Positions 14,190 through 30,750 of a stretch of 64,000 bases of DNA are shown in pieces. The stretch lies in assembly GCF_009914755.1 (NCBI RefSeq), contig NC_060932.1; one strand, given 5' to 3'. The DNA is from the human T2T-CHM13v2.0 reference genome, Homo sapiens. The stretch's first letter is position 1. Each line of letters starts with the position of its first letter. The notes beneath the pieces are model-generated. The model saw only the letters and a program-made list of their open reading frames with translations, did no database searches and had not been told where the DNA came from. The translations under genes were made by a program, and so were the position numbers.

Positions 14190-14835
14190 TTTTTAAACCA
14201 TCTTAGCCATCTTTAAGTGTATGGTTCAGTAGTGTGAAGAATATTCACATAATAGTAAAAGCCATCTCCAGAACTGTTTTGGTTTTGTGAATCTGAAACT
14301 CTATACCCATTAAATCACAACTCTCCTTTTCCCCTCCCTCAATTCTTTTGTTTCTATGAATTTGACCACTTTCTATACCTAAGAAAAGTAGAATCTTACA
14401 TAGTTATCTTCTTGTGACTAGCTTATTTCACTTTGCCTAATATCCTCAAGGTTCATCCATGTTGTAGTACATGACAGGGTTTTCTTTCTATGACTGAATA
14501 ATATTTCATTGTACATATATACCACATTTGTATATCTATTCATTCATTGGTGGACAAGTAGTTTGATGCCACTTCTTGGCAATAGTGAATAGTGCTGCTG
14601 TGAACATAAATATGCAGATATCTTATAGAAACCTTGCTTTCAATTGTTTGGAATTCATACCAAGAACTGAGATTATCGGATCCTATGGTATTTATTTATT
14701 TTTTTAATTTTTTGAGGAAACTCCATACTGTTTCCTATTGTGGTAGCATTATTTTACATCCTACCAATAGTACATGGCAGTTCCAATTTCTCCACATTCT
14801 CACCAACACTTGCTATTGTCTGTAAAACATTATAT
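14190..14835 (-). mobile_element. L1MA/L1MB 3' region
   Basis: 'gcttatttcact...tcctcaaggttcatccatgttgtag', 'tttgaggaaactccatactgtttt', 'ctcaccaacacttg'. Confidence 0.88.
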
Positions 14836-15817
14836 CTTTTTCTTTTTTTAATGATGCAATATAATTTTTATTTCAAGAAATATGTGACTTAAGCTAATAT
14901 TTTGTGAGCAAAAATGCAGGGCCAATATATTTAAATATTATCCAGCCTTTCAAGTGTGTTCACTTTCAGAAGCTAAATATTTTCCTGAACATTCCTTAAG
15001 TAAATGAATGACTTGCTCTTTTGAACCTAAAACACATGCTTGTTTCCTCATTCTTGTGGCTACCACTGTCTTACCCAGCACTAAAAGCTTCTTAAAATTA
15101 GTCAGAGGAAGACAAGTGGGAAGGTGTAGACTTCTCACTTCAATAGTCTGCTAAAGATGGAGGAAAAATATGGTGCTATTCAAAGACAGTCTAGACTTAA
15201 AGATTTAGAATTTTGGATGGAAATAATCCGGTGAAATAGCAAGAACATTTGAAAGAGAACTTGACAAACCACTGCTGCAGAAAGCTGAATTCCAAGGAAA
15301 TATGCCCAATATCCATGAAGCTGAGAAGTAAGTTTCTGAAATCATGCCTTTCTATTTTTTTTTAATTTTTCATTTGCCTAAAAAATGTCAACCACTTGTT
15401 GAGGCAAGCGGAGTCTTGCTACTGGAATGTATAAATTAACCAAATAGAGTATTATGCAAATAATAGTAGATTCGGATATTTGTTTAGTGGCCCTTTTATG
15501 GAGTATTAGAAATTGCCAACTTTTGACTTTGAGAAAAGAATATGTGTGTTGTCAGTAATATTTTGATTCTGTGTTTTTTTTTTAAAAAAAACCTTTTAAA
15601 CATTTGTCTTATTTCTGTTAATGTCACTTGATTTTTCTGGTTTCCAATTCCTGTTTCATTCATAGAAGCTTCTAGAAGTAAATGTCTTTTTTCATTTTAA
15701 ACATGAACGCAGATGAATAAAATGAACTTCTAATACATTTAATGTCACACTTGAGACAACCATATTGAGATTCTTAAAAAATTGCTTGTATGGAGAAAAG
15801 AAGATTATCATTTTCAG

Positions 15818-16147
<330 letters not shown>

Positions 16148-16247
16148 TTATCATTTTCTAGCCAGTGACTAGTAAATTTTCTAAACCTATCAGATAATTT
16201 ATAACAATAATGGATTTAAAAAACAAGCAAGACAGATTTTTTCTATT

Positions 16248-16251
<4 letters not shown>

Positions 16252-16291
<40 letters not shown>

Positions 16292-16310
16292 GGAACATAT
16301 ATATATATAT
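16252..16310. repeat. Interrupted (TA)n microsatellite
   Basis: Two TA runs, each followed by 'gaagg'. Confidence 0.97.
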
Positions 16311-17549
16311 GAAGGTAAATACTGATCAAAATTCAAAATCCAGGGCAGCTCACTTGAAGAGAAATAAAAATAACAAAGACCTATTAGGTAAAACAAGATT
16401 ATTTGGAACTATAGGAGTAAGAGTTAAGAATAAACTAAAAACAAAGCACTTGTTCTTTGTGGCAGCTGAAAATAGCAAACCTGGGGACAACAAGGTTTTT
16501 CTTCCCATATTCTCTATGCTGGTTAGCTGGCATGATGACTAAAACAGAATTGTGCCTGCCATTGTAGAGCTTACAATTATTTCTTCTTGGTGGTAGTATT
16601 CCACAATGGAGAGCGTTAAATAAAAGTAGGCAGTCTTTTACAACATTTTAATTTAGTCTTTGTTAATGTTAAAGAGACAAATTCCTTATTGAGTTTCTGA
16701 GCAAAGCTTAATAATAATGAAGTTAGAGGAAAAACACCCACCACATTTTATAAAGTAGTGAAAAAAGCTTATTAAGCCACAGAAGTGTTGTTTTTCCTCT
16801 TTTTAGAAAATAACCACTAAAGCTTATCACTTGACAAGCAGGCTTATTTTACAAAGAACTTACTAATTTATAAAATAATAAGACTTTGGAGAAGCATCTT
16901 CCTTATCAATTGTCTTATACGTTTCAGGGACATGATGGACCAAACCAATGTCACAGTCTCTTGGCACCACTTTTAGGATATGAATATATTTGGCACCCTC
17001 CCCACAGTGTTCAGCCTTGGGGTTCTCAGCCAAAACTAAAACAAAGTTCCATTTCCATTGCTTCTCTACTTCTATGACATAATGTGGTTATGCTATTTTA
17101 AACTTATTCCTATTAATTAAGTTTTTAGTTGTTAGGAGGGAGTTTTTTTTGAAAAAGACTAAAATTATTTGTGTCTAAATATATAACTTTCATAAACAGA
17201 GTATGAATTAGAAAGTATAGTTTTTCCTTAAGCTTTAAGGGCAATTCATAAGGCTAAGTATTTTTCATATAAAATATAGTCACTTGATTCCACTGACTCG
17301 TGACTCTAATGGGTTAAGTTCCCCAAAATTTACTCTCATTTACAAGCCTATTAAACTTCTTTAAATACTTCAAGCTAAATTACAAATTTATATGATTTTT
17401 AACAAACACTTTAAATGCCTGATAGGACAAACTTAAAGTGTAATAAGCCAATGCTTGCTAAACACTTAACCTCTGTAAAACTAATAAATCAAACCTATAA
17501 ATGTAGTAAATTAGATTCTCCTAAGCATTTCAAACATCTTAAAATCAGG

Positions 17550-19090
17550 ACTGGAAGCAAGAGTTCCAGTAAAAGATGGCGGATTAAATGCAACCATTAA
17601 GGTCTGTTCCATTTTTATCCTCAACTAAAATGACAGTAAAGGGATTTTCTAAGAAGACATATGCCAAAAGGACCAAAACCAGAAGAGGAGGTAACAGTGA
17701 TAAAATTTCGTAGTTTGAAGGCAATTTAGCAGACCCAAGAAAGCTAATGCTAACAGTGGGAATAACTGAGAAGCACCCAATTTACAGTGTGGAACTCCTG
17801 AAAGTAGTTGGTGATGTTGAGTATTTTAAAAAGTAGGAGTAAAGATAAAGCTAAAGTATCTTTTCGAAAAGCAGATTGACCTAGGAGAGAAGACTTAACG
17901 TTACTGACATTAAGAATTCTCTTAGGACCAGCTCAATCAGAGCATGCTACAGTCAAGACCACAGTTACTGCCTCACTTCCAATCTGCTTTTTTAGTGTCT
18001 TGTTCTTAAATGGGAAATTTATTGAGGTTCAACTCCTAATATGAGAACACTGACTAAACCAAGGACACAGAAAAGAAAAATTGGAAGGAAAAGAAAATAC
18101 TTGGGAAGAAAGAAAACCATCTAAAGAGATTCTTAGCATTCTCAAAAGGATAAAATAGATTGTATCCAGGAAACCAAAATAGGGTGATACAAAAAGGGAT
18201 ATTCAGGAAACAAAAATTTCTAGGAAGTTAAAGGTATAATTGCATAAATGAAAAACCCAGTAAAAGCTTTGAAGGAAATGTTTCTGAAAGTAGAAAAGAG
18301 ATGAAAATAATAGAGAAAAAGTAGAGAAACCTGAGGGCCAGTCATGGAACTCCATCATCCAAACAGGATCTCCAGAAAGAGATACCAGACTTAAAAAAAG
18401 AGAGGGGTGTTCGGGGGAGGGGGGAGAAAAGTCAAAGAAATAATGTGAGAAAATTTCCCAGAACTGAAGGACATGAGTTTCCAAATTGAAAGGGCCCAGT
18501 AGCAAGAACAATGAAAAAAAGGCTCACACTCAGGCATATTATCATGAAACTTCAGAAAACTTGTTTCAAAGAAAAGATTCTTAAATCATGAGGGAGACAT
18601 ATTCATTCAATGGATCAAGAATCAGAATGACATAGGACTTCTCTATAGCAATACTAGAAGCTACGAAGTAAGAGTATGCCTTTAAAATTTGAATGGTAAA
18701 TGGTAAATTATTTCCTATCAATAGTTTTACTATCATTATAAATCAACTATGAGTAGAATAAAGCCATTTTCATATATGCACATTTTAAAAATTTCCCTCC
18801 CATTACAGTTTCTCAAGTGCTCCAGCAATATGAGAAAGAAAAAAAATGGAATCCAAGAAATAGGAGATATCCATAAGGAAGAAGTGAAGGGAATCCTGCA
18901 CAGGGTGATTCTAAGACAGCTATACCACATAAAAACAGTCTAGGCTGGTGCAGGTCTGAGAAAATAATTCAGAGTGGTTGGTTCTGGAGAGTAGGAAAAA
19001 GGGTGGGATTGGGGGGATTGCTTTATTTTACAAGTCAATTAGATCTAGCTATTTGCTTCTTTAGTTTATGTGGAACTTTGATAAAAATTT
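17550..19090 (+). mobile_element. Ancient L1M (L1ME/MC-like) 5'UTR and ORF1 remnant
   Basis: Start 'agttccagtaaaagatggcgg'; ORF1 relics 'gaaaatttcccagaactgaag', 'ttgaaagggccca', 'agaatcagaatgacataggacttctc'. Confidence 0.7.
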
Positions 19091-19609
19091 AAACTTATAA
19101 AGAGACAAAACATAATTTAAATGCCATGTCAATTAGAAAATCCACTGTTCCTCTATAAACTCAACTTGAATAATGGTTATTCCTTCATCATCTCTGCACT
19201 TTTATGGTATACTTTCCTGGGGTGAAAAGTTGCTTATTTGACTAAGGAGAATTTTATCATCATCTCCAGTCTACAACAGCAACTATGACCATAGGTTTGT
19301 GTTGTGGATGGCAATTCTAGAATAGGGCTTCTCAGAGATATTTCTAGGAAAATTCTATCTAAAAACAAGATAGCAATCCAAGTCCCTTCTTTCAGTGGGA
19401 CTTCTAAAGCCCACTCCTTTTCTTACACCCTAGTGCATCCCAGGTTATTTTATTCACTATTTTCCTGTTATCTCAGGCAACTTTAGTCTAAACCGACTTG
19501 CTAGGTTGTATATCCATTACCCAGATTAGAATTTCTCTTTTCTACCTGATTGAATTCAGTACTCTTTTAAAATTTTACATTATTTCATTATCCACCATTC
19601 TACATGCTA

Positions 19610-21540
19610 TAGTAATTTAATTCAGTTCCTCATGGAACTTATGTTACATATCAGCAGAAGGCAAAAACTATATAAATGAACATGAATGTAGGGCATGAGT
19701 AAATTGTAGAGTAAGTTAGGTAACAGATGCTATGGAGTAAAGAAAATGCCAAGCCAGGTAAAGGAAGTCAGAAGTGCCAAAGAGGGGATGTGTCACAATC
19801 TTTAATGGTAGTAAGAGTAAGCCTCATTGAGAAGATGACTTAAGTAAGTAAAAAATTGAAGGAGGTAAGGGAGTTAGTAATGTAGATACATTGGGAAATG
19901 GCATTCCAAGAAGCAGGAAAGTAAGGCCTTGAGATGGGAGCTTGCTTTGCATATTTCAGAAATATCCAGGTACATGTTACTAGAGTGAACAACAGGAGAA
20001 TATATGGGAGATGCCTTTGGAGAGATAATGGGGGCTAAATTATATGACATCTTAGAAGCTTTTACTCCCAATTAGACTTTTTACTCTAATTCTGGGCTAG
20101 AGTTTTTACTCCCAGTGAAATGATAAGTGATTAGTGATTTTGAGCAATGATTTGGCAAATCTGACTTACATTTTGAGAGACTTGTTCTAACTAGAACGTG
20201 GAAAACAAATTGTTGGAACATCAAGATTGGAAGCAGACCAGTTAGGAAGTTATAGCCATGATTCAGGTGAGAAACATGGTAGTTGAGACCAAGATGGTAG
20301 TGCTAGAGGTGGTGAGAAGTGGTCACATTCTGTATATACTTTAAAGATAGAGCGGACACATTTTCCTGGTGAATACGATGGGGTGAGTGTGAAGGAGTAG
20401 AAAGAAAGAAAAAAAAAGAGAGAAGAAAAACAAACAAAGCAGTCATGTATTCCTCCCCCAAGTTTTGACCTGAGAATATAATGGATTTGACCTCACATAC
20501 AGTGGGAACAGTGAAGGTGGCACAGGTTTGCAGAGAATTCAGGAGTTTACTTCTGAGCATAGTCAAGTTTCAGGTGTTAGCTAAATCTCTAAATTGAGAA
20601 ATGGAATAAACTAGCTGGCTATTTGAATGTGGAGTTTGGGGGAGAAACTGTACTAGAAATATTGATTTAGGAGTCTTCAATACATGGGTGATAGCAAAAA
20701 CCATGGAAGAGCTCAGCAAAGGAGAAAGCATAGATAGATGATCTGTGCTAAGGCCTAGTATTTCCAGTGTTGGGTAGGAAGAAGTAGACCTGGAAAAGAG
20801 ACTGAGAAGGAGCAGCAGTGGAGGAGGAAAATCAGGAGATTGTGATGTCCTGGGGGCGAGTGAGGAAAGCAGGTGGGAAGAAGATAGAGATAAATGTGTT
20901 GAATGAGAACTGAGATGACTGTTTATCAAGGAGGAGGTCATTGGTGACTTCAGCAAGAGCAGTTCAGTGCAGTGGTGGGTCTCTAGGCCCACTTAGAATG
21001 GATTTTAAAAAGAGCATGGAAAGAGACGATTTAGAAATGGTAATTAGGGAAAATTTCTAGGATTTTTGCTGTAAAGAGAAGCAGTAGAAAGGAGTGTTCA
21101 TCCATAGTGTAAATTGGGTCAGGAGAGGGTTTTATTAAGATGAGAAAGTAACAGAGTATTTTTATGTGGATTAATCCAGTAGAGGTGGAAAATTTGATGA
21201 TATAGAGGAGAGTAAAGAGTTTCAAGATTGTCTCTGAATAGGTGAGAGAGGATGGGGATACATTAGCTTAAAGTAGAAGCATCTGAGAAGGTTGAGTCGG
21301 TGGGCACAGATACTGGTAGGTGGGTCGATGTGGTATTGAGTCTGTGGAAGTTCTCTAATTTTTTTTTTTCAGTAAAGTAGGGACCAAGATTATCAGTGGA
21401 GATTAAGGATGTTGGAAGAGTTTCTTGGGTTTGCAGGGAAAGAACAAATGGCGTGAAATTATCCTCTAGGAGAGTAGGAGAGTGAATGAACTATGAAAAT
21501 ATACTACAAAGATCAGGCAGCACTAAAGTTTCACTTGAAG
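19610..21540 (-). mobile_element. L2 LINE, long fragment including RT region
   Basis: Minus strand ~20935-20978 reads HCTE/(T)ALAEVTNDL across a frameshift, matching the CR1/L2 RT motif HSTETALxKVTNDL. Confidence 0.85.
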
Positions 21541-21988
21541 CTCACACTCATAAATATCTTAGCAAAGCTTGCTTATCATTATGACAGAGTTATATTTGAA
21601 AATACAAAGACATCTTAGTTATGGTTGTTATTTTAAGGTGGACTTTAAATAAAGAATGTTCTCAAATGATGGGCTGCAGCACTTCTCAGAGAAGTCCCAG
21701 TAGATAGGTTTGTAATCATCATTGGGGTTCTGGTTGAGGCGTGCTCACACCTGTGGCCATTGCTGTGCCTGGATAAACTATGTAGCATGGTTTTTCCTTC
21801 CCTCCTCTTCATGAAACCTCCCTCTCTTCTTGCATGTTTTCTTTTTCTTAAGGGTATAGACTGGAACATTAATATTTGAATCACTGAGTATAATCATTAT
21901 TTGAGCTGGGGAAGAGGAAAAGAAAATGGTACTAGGATGCCTAGTACAGAGAAGGAAAAGATAGATATTTAGGTAAAGAATTACTTAG

Positions 21989-22345
<357 letters not shown>

Positions 22346-22496
22346 AACAATTTTTTTTTTTTTAAATAGAAGAAGAAACTGCAGTGATGGGTTGGAAATT
22401 CAATATATCTCAAAGGACTCCTAACCTATTTTGAGTTATCTTTGATAGGACTGCCAGATATTGGGTTAACTGAGCACTGAAGCTCTTCTTTAATGA

Positions 22497-22865
<369 letters not shown>

Positions 22866-23761
22866 TCTCATTTAATTTTAAACCAAGCAATTTCTTTTAA
22901 TATGGTATAATAGTTAAAAGCTTCCTATCAGGGCTTGTATATCTCAGCTGCACAATACTAGGCAGATTACTTAATCTTTCACTGTCTGATGTTTTAATAT
23001 CTAACTCATAACTTTGTAACCAAAATGCAGATTCCATCACACACTGTGTGCAAAGTCCAACTAACAAGAGCGATGTCTGGTATAAAGAAAGTGGCTTTAT
23101 TCCAAAGCTTAGCTTAGGGAAAGAGGTGCAGGCTCCTGCCTTTAGTGGACTGCTTCACTTTTGGGGCGGAAAGCCGAAGCTTTAAAGGGGGACTTGGTGT
23201 GAACAGCATGCAGGGGAGAGAGCGAGCAGGTGCTGATCATTTTGGTGCCTTATCTACTGGGTGGTGAGCTGGCACCATCACAGGCAGATGTGGGTTGTAA
23301 AATGGCCATTGTCTCAAGACACCCTCCAGGTGGGAGAGAGTTCCATCGCAGGGCACACCTTAGGTTGTAAATTGGCTGTTGTCTCTAGGCAGCTTGGTGA
23401 GACAGAGTTCTGGCCCTGGAGCCTTTTTTTTTTTTTTTTCCACAGCAGAGACAAGTGAACATTTATTTTTATGCCTTTCTTCCTATGTGTATTTCAAGTC
23501 TTTTTCAAAACAAGGCCCCAGGACTCTCCAGATTCAATTATGTCCTTGGGCTTGGTTGACTGCTGCAGGAGTCTTAGGGAGCCTTGTACAAATGCTAGAG
23601 TGACTCATTTACCAACAGTAAACCCTAGGATAGATCCAACAAAGCAGGAATGTGCCGATTTCAGACGACGCAGCACCCAATGTAGAAAACGCTGGAATTT
23701 TTCCTTGGAACTAGACTGTGATGAGAGGTGCTTGACATGAACATAAGCTACTGTCTTTTCT

Positions 23762-24050
23762 GCTTTTTTGAGATGGAGTTTCGCTTGTTGCCCAGGCTGG
23801 AGTGCAATGGCATGAACTCGGCTCACTGCAACTCCCGCCTCCCAGGTTCAAACGATTCTCCTGCCTCAGCCTCCTGAGTAGCTGGGATTACAGACATATG
23901 CCACCATGCCCGACTAATTTTTCTATTTTTAGTAGAGTCGGCATTTCTCCATGTTGGTCAGGCTGGTCTTAAACTCCCAACCTCAGGTGACCCGCCCACC
24001 TCAGCCTCCCAAAGTGTTGGGATTACAGGTATGAACCACCATGCCCGGCC
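23762..24050 (-). mobile_element. AluSp-like, within the retrocopy 3'UTR
   Basis: 'tttctccatgttggtcagg', 'ctcccaacctcagg'; perfect 16-bp TSD agctactgtcttttct (23746 and 24051). Confidence 0.93.
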
Positions 24051-24330
24051 AGCTACTGTCTTTTCTTTGACCCTTCCTTTCCAGTTTTTGAAGATAAAGC
24101 AGGAAATAATCTTCTCTGAAGATACTTGATAAAAATTCCCAAAACGACAAAACACATGCTTCCACTTCATTGATAAAAAATTTAATGCAGTTTGGCACCT
24201 AAGAGTATGACAACAGCAATAAAAAGTAATTTCAAAGAGTTACGATTTCTTCAGCAAAATAGATGATTCATATCTTCAAGTCCTTTTTGAAATCAGTTAT
24301 TAATATTATTCTTTCCCCATTTCCATCTAA

Positions 24331-24708
<378 letters not shown>

Positions 24709-25141
24709 TAACTCTTAGGCTATGCATAGCCCCATGTCCTAATCAGGCATTCACTGATCCCAGCAGGTCTCCATCTATTTGTACCAGCCTCTTCTTTCCT
24801 CCCAATCTCAAGGTTACTCTTAAATACTAGTAAATGCAAAAAGAACTTGTAAAGTGGCAAGGCATGGCCTATCAAAAGTCAGCCCAAGGGCAGTTTTCAG
24901 CCCTGCCTCACCTGGGTCTAGCTCAGCTGGCGGGTGAGCTGATTGATGTGTTCACCCCGATAGCCAGGTGTGCCCATCTCCTTGAGGAAGCCCACTCTAT
25001 TTTTGGTAGCATGAGTGGACCTGGAGCTTTTGAGATAAGTACACATTTTGAGATAAGTACATAGTTAGATAAGCTTGCCCTGTGGGGAGCATCTGGTGAA
25101 GGGAAGGTAAAGGGTATCATTGCGTTTCTAAAGAACTAAGT

Positions 25142-25538
25142 CTGGATTAAGAAAATGTGGCACATTTACACCACGGAATACTATGCAGCCATAAAAAAGG
25201 ATGAGTTCTTGTCCTTTGTAGGGACATGGATAAAACTGGAAACCATCATTCTCAGCAAACTATCGCAAGGACAAAAAACCAAACACCACATGTTCTCACT
25301 CATAGGTGGGAATTGAACAATGAGAACACATGGACACAGGAAGGGGAACATCACACACTGGGGACTGTTGTGGGGTGGGGGGAGGGGGGAGGGGGGAGGG
25401 ATAGCATTAGGAGGTATACCTAATGCTAAATGACGAGTTAATGGGTGCAGCACACCAACATGGCACATGTATACATATGTAACAAACGTGCACGTTGTGC
25501 ACATGTACCCTAAAACTTAAAGTATAATTAAAAAAAAA
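25142..25538 (+). mobile_element. 5'-truncated L1PA (approx. L1PA3/4) 3' end
   Basis: 'ctatcgcaaggacaaaaaacc', 'gctaaatgacgagttaatgggtgcagcacaccaacatgg'; TSD aaagaactaagt (25130 and 25539). Confidence 0.95.
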
Positions 25539-26042
25539 AAAGAACTAAGTAGGAGGTAGGAAACAAGGGGAAAGGAGGAAAGAAAAATTATTAAAAAATA
25601 ACTCTTACTCTTAGAAAAATGGGAGTACTTGGTTACAAGTCTAGTCCATAAATTAAATGTATAATTATAGATAAGTTACCTTTTACCACTTATTTCCAAC
25701 ATTCCAAAGGTCACACAGCTGGTAAACATAACACAGCTGGGAATCATAAATATTGCTACCACCACCACTACCCACCCAATTATTGGGGGAGTGGGGAGGG
25801 TCCCATGACTGTTTCCCAGTTGGATGAAATAAGAAACCAAAAATGAGTTTTTCTTGATCCTTGAATTGAAAACTCCATTTTTACAGAAAGAAAAGACATT
25901 TTACAATCCATTTCTCTGAAAACATCCGTTCTTTATCTCACAGGATGTAATAACTTGATGGGAAATTTAAACGCAAGGTTATTCATAAAATGGTAAATGA
26001 GGGGACACCTGGCGTGAGAGCTGCAGCGGCATTTCCGACACA

Positions 26043-26061
26043 CTGCTGCCCCCTGCTGCCT
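26043..26061 (-). promoter_or_regulatory. CTCF-like motif in unique sequence
   Basis: Minus strand GCAGCAGGGGGCAG (1 mismatch to core consensus); several local CpGs. Confidence 0.45.
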
Positions 26062-26259
26062 GATACATCGTTTTCCTTCTTCACGTGTACTCAAAATTAA
26101 CACTGTCTGTCACCCAGATTATAAAATCATACTGAGGAGAAAACTGAGGCCCTGAAAGTGATCTGGATGACATGGATAGTAGAAGATTTAGATTATGGAA
26201 AAGTCACTTCTTCCTGCTTTACCATATTGCCTTTTCCCTATTAAATTAAAAGTCAACAA

Positions 26260-26960
26260 ACTACTGTGTGCCTACGTAGAAGTACTCAAAATGGAGAAGT
26301 GAAAATCAAGATCTTTGCACTTACATAACTCATATTCTTGTGTGAGTAAACAGCCAATAAATAAGAAAAAATCAATAAATAATTTAAGAGAATAATAGAT
26401 GTATTAAATAGTAACAATGATAAAGATTTCTGGAGTACTAGGAGAACATGGAATTCAAGGCACTGTTCCCAGTGCTTTCCATGATTTCTTTCATTTGATT
26501 CTCACTGCAACCTGCAAATAGCTACTTCACTTTACAGATGAAGATATTGAGGCAGGGCTAGAATGATCCTAAGTGATGGAACCAAGATTCGAAACCAAGC
26601 CACTTCTGACTCCAGAAGTGTCTAGGGTAGTCTGCTCTGAGAAGGCAACAGTGAAATGAAGAGAAGAAGCCAGGCTTTTGAAGATCTAAGGGAAGAGCAA
26701 GCACAAAGGCCTGGAAGTGGAAGTGAGTTTGGTATAGCAAGGTATAGGGAAAAACAAACAAGCAAACAAAAACCATCCCATATGATTGTACTAAAGGAGC
26801 ATGCAGAAGACTAGCAGAGGCCAGGTCATGGTAGGGAGCTTGGATTTTATTCTAAATTGCAAGAGGAAGCCATTGAAGGATTTCAATCAGAGCACCAACC
26901 TGATTTATGGTATAAGGAGCTCACTCTGGATGTTGAAAGGAAAACAGATGGTAGGATAAG
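26260..26960 (-). mobile_element. L2 fragments interrupted by a MIR (~26460-26615)
   Basis: 'tttacagatgaagatattgaggc' (MIR); 'ttggattttattctaaattgcaagaggaagccattgaaggattt' (L2). Confidence 0.7.
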
Positions 26961-27581
26961 AGTTTCCTGTTTCTACCATTTATATAGACATTGCATAAAC
27001 GCTAGCAATACTGAACTCCATGTTTTCTAAATGTGACCCCTACAGTCTCCTGTTCCTTTTTCAGGTGTTTTCCTCTGTTTAGAATCCCTTCCTTGAGTCC
27101 TCTCCTTTCCATTGCAGCCTGCCTTTTAAGATTTCTTTTGTGAAGCTTTCCCGGATTCTTCAATTATATAATTTCCATCCTTTGAACTCTGTATATTTCA
27201 AGTATAGCTTTTCTGTGTTAACCTCTGTCCTAGGATATCTGTTATTTGACTGCCTACCTCACGGACTGTTAGATCCCAATCTTGAGATCAAGGGCTAGGA
27301 CTTTCAGGCCATCCTGTATAAGTATGCACGTTGACTCCTTCACAAGGGCACCCGACCCGCCGGAACTCTGCTAACCAAACTGAGCTCCCTGACACAGGCT
27401 GCACCCATGAAGGGGAGAGTCCTTTTTTGTCTAATTTGTATAGAGATATCATATAAAATAGTGGATCCAGAATTGATTTCTTTCATCTTTGCATCCGAAA
27501 CAGCACATCACATCTAGCAATAGAAGTATACACATAGTAGATATTTTATCAAACCTTTTTATTAATAATTGATTCTGATTT

Positions 27582-27877
27582 GGCCAGGCACGATGGCTCA
27601 TGCCTGTAATCCCAGCACTTTGGGAGGCCAAGGCGGGCGGATCATGAGGTCAGGAGATCGAGACCATCCTGGCTAACACGGTGAAACCCCGTCTCTGCTA
27701 AAATACAAAAAATTAGCCGGGTGTGGTGGCAGGCGCCTGTGGTCCCAGCTACTCGGGAGGCTGAGGCAGGAGAATGGCATGAACCAGGAGGCAGATCTTG
27801 CAGTGTGCAGAAATCGCGCCACGGCACTCCAGCCTGGGCGACAGAGCGAGACTCCATCTCTAATAATAATAATAATA
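27582..27877 (+). mobile_element. AluY with (TAA)n tail
   Basis: 'gagatcgagaccatcctggctaacacgg', 'gagaatggcatgaac'; TSD gattctgattt. Confidence 0.95.
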
Positions 27878-29354
27878 GATTCTGATTTAACTAAGTCCAG
27901 TTGTGGAAAGTAAGATGAAAAACTCAAGGTTTATGGTATGCTTTACTCATTTACCAAGGCTATATGCAGAAAGGAATGGGATTGGACATCCTGCCAAGCC
28001 CCCCTGCACAGCCACCATATCTCAATTGCTTGATAGGCTGTGGTTTGTGTAAAAAGAGGGAAACAAAGCGTAGATGACAGATTTAAGGTACGTCAAACTG
28101 GAACAGGCCGTTATGTTGAAGTGTTAGGACACTGCAGTGCACCACAGTCTATGATACCATGGTTTAGAAACCTTGAGGACTTTTGTTAAGATTGCTGATG
28201 ACATATTTTCAGCAAAGGTCACAATATCCAGGGGAAGTAAAATATAAGGGTGTATTCAATTGCTGAGGCTTTATTTTTTTTTTCTCCAGCTAGCAGTGTA
28301 AAGGACATGTGTCTCTATTTTGGGAGCTGATTTCTTCTTAGTCCCCATTAAAGTGAAACTCTAATAAGGGTATGTCAGCACCAATGTTTCTATGTAAGAG
28401 GACCTCCTTGTCATCTTTGAAATTAATTTGAAATTAAATGATTAATTCATCGTCTATTTCCACTGGAAGTTTGTATAAGTGGTCCTAAAACCAGCAAAGC
28501 TGGGGATAGTCCTCTTTGTTACATGCAAGACTGGAAGAATCATGTCAGACCCCCACGGAAGCCTTGGGAACCCACCCTTAACTGCTGCTTTTGTTTTCAG
28601 AACCTTATTAGTTGAGAGTTGTACCTCCTGTTTTCAGACCTCCTAGTGTTCTCATCTGCCTTTCTGCCTTCAGTGTGAGTACATAATCTCTTCTCAGAGC
28701 AAGTTTAGTTGAAAATAAAGTTTTGGCACCTAAAAAAATAAGAGGAGGCGACCAGCAAGACTGTGAGGCATGGAATCTGGAGCACAGGGATACTGATAAG
28801 AATGAACTGATTCATATTGCTGCTAAGACTCAGAACTGACCTATGAAACATAGCAGAGTGGGCACAAATGAACCAGAGCCGGGCTCTCCTCCCTTGGAAG
28901 GTGCTCAGTATTTACACAATGCCCCTTGTCTGTAAGGGCAAGTACTACATCAGAGGGAAATTGGCAGGGGAATTGTTGGAACTGGAAAGTATCAGAGTGA
29001 TGAAAGAGGCAGCTCTTGTTTAGCTCTGTTAAGCTGTTGCTCTGCAGATGCCTGCCCATTGCTGCTAGATTTTTCAGTGGAAGTTGATGTTCTGCATTTT
29101 TATGAAACACTTTCTATTCTTTAAATGTTGTCAATCAATTCAAAAAAGCTTTTGAAACATATAGGCAAAACCACAGTCTTCTTTGTGTGGACGACCAGTT
29201 TGCAACCCTTGCCTTAAAATTATAACCAACTTCTGTTCTCTAGACTCTGAGAAAGAAGCATGCACAGAACTATCATTTTGCTTTGTTAAAAAGCAGTCTG
29301 ATCATTACCTTCTCTGTTTAAAGAAGTATCATTTCTCCTTAAGAGTGTAGAACT

Positions 29355-29674
<320 letters not shown>

Positions 29675-30149
29675 AAGAGTGCTAGAACTGTAACTCATGG
29701 GGGGAAAATAGGAAGAAAGGCAGCATTTATCTTGTTTGTTTGTTTTCTGGTCACTTTTACCAGCATGGAATAATGCTGGAAATAGCCTTTCTTCCTTGCT
29801 TGTAAATAATCCCACATGCCTCATAGAGATGCAGCATATCCCATAAACATTTGTGCCAGGTAAAACTCCTAGAGCAGTATTCAAATTCTCAAAACTTGCT
29901 GAAATTAGAATTCAGTACACATTTGAGTATTTTTGGAAATGGAATCTGTAGCATGTCTAGCTACAGGTGCAGGTCAGGGGAGACTGGTGAATATGAACCC
30001 TTGAAAAAGAAAGTGTTGAATAAGGATTTAGATTTTTGAAAAATGAATTCTAAATATTTCTTCCTTCTCCTAATTTTGTAATTGCAAGTTATCATTTATT
30101 TTTAAATATAAATTTTAGCAAAACTTTCTACTGACGCTTCTTTTCTTTT

Positions 30150-30750
<601 letters not shown>

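Noticed and set aside
20570-20992. 140-aa minus-strand ORF
   Set aside because: Mostly out-of-frame read of a degenerate L2 RT region
28601-28674. Possible exon (ttttcag acceptors, agt|gtgagt donor)
   Set aside because: Ambiguous acceptors and no further support
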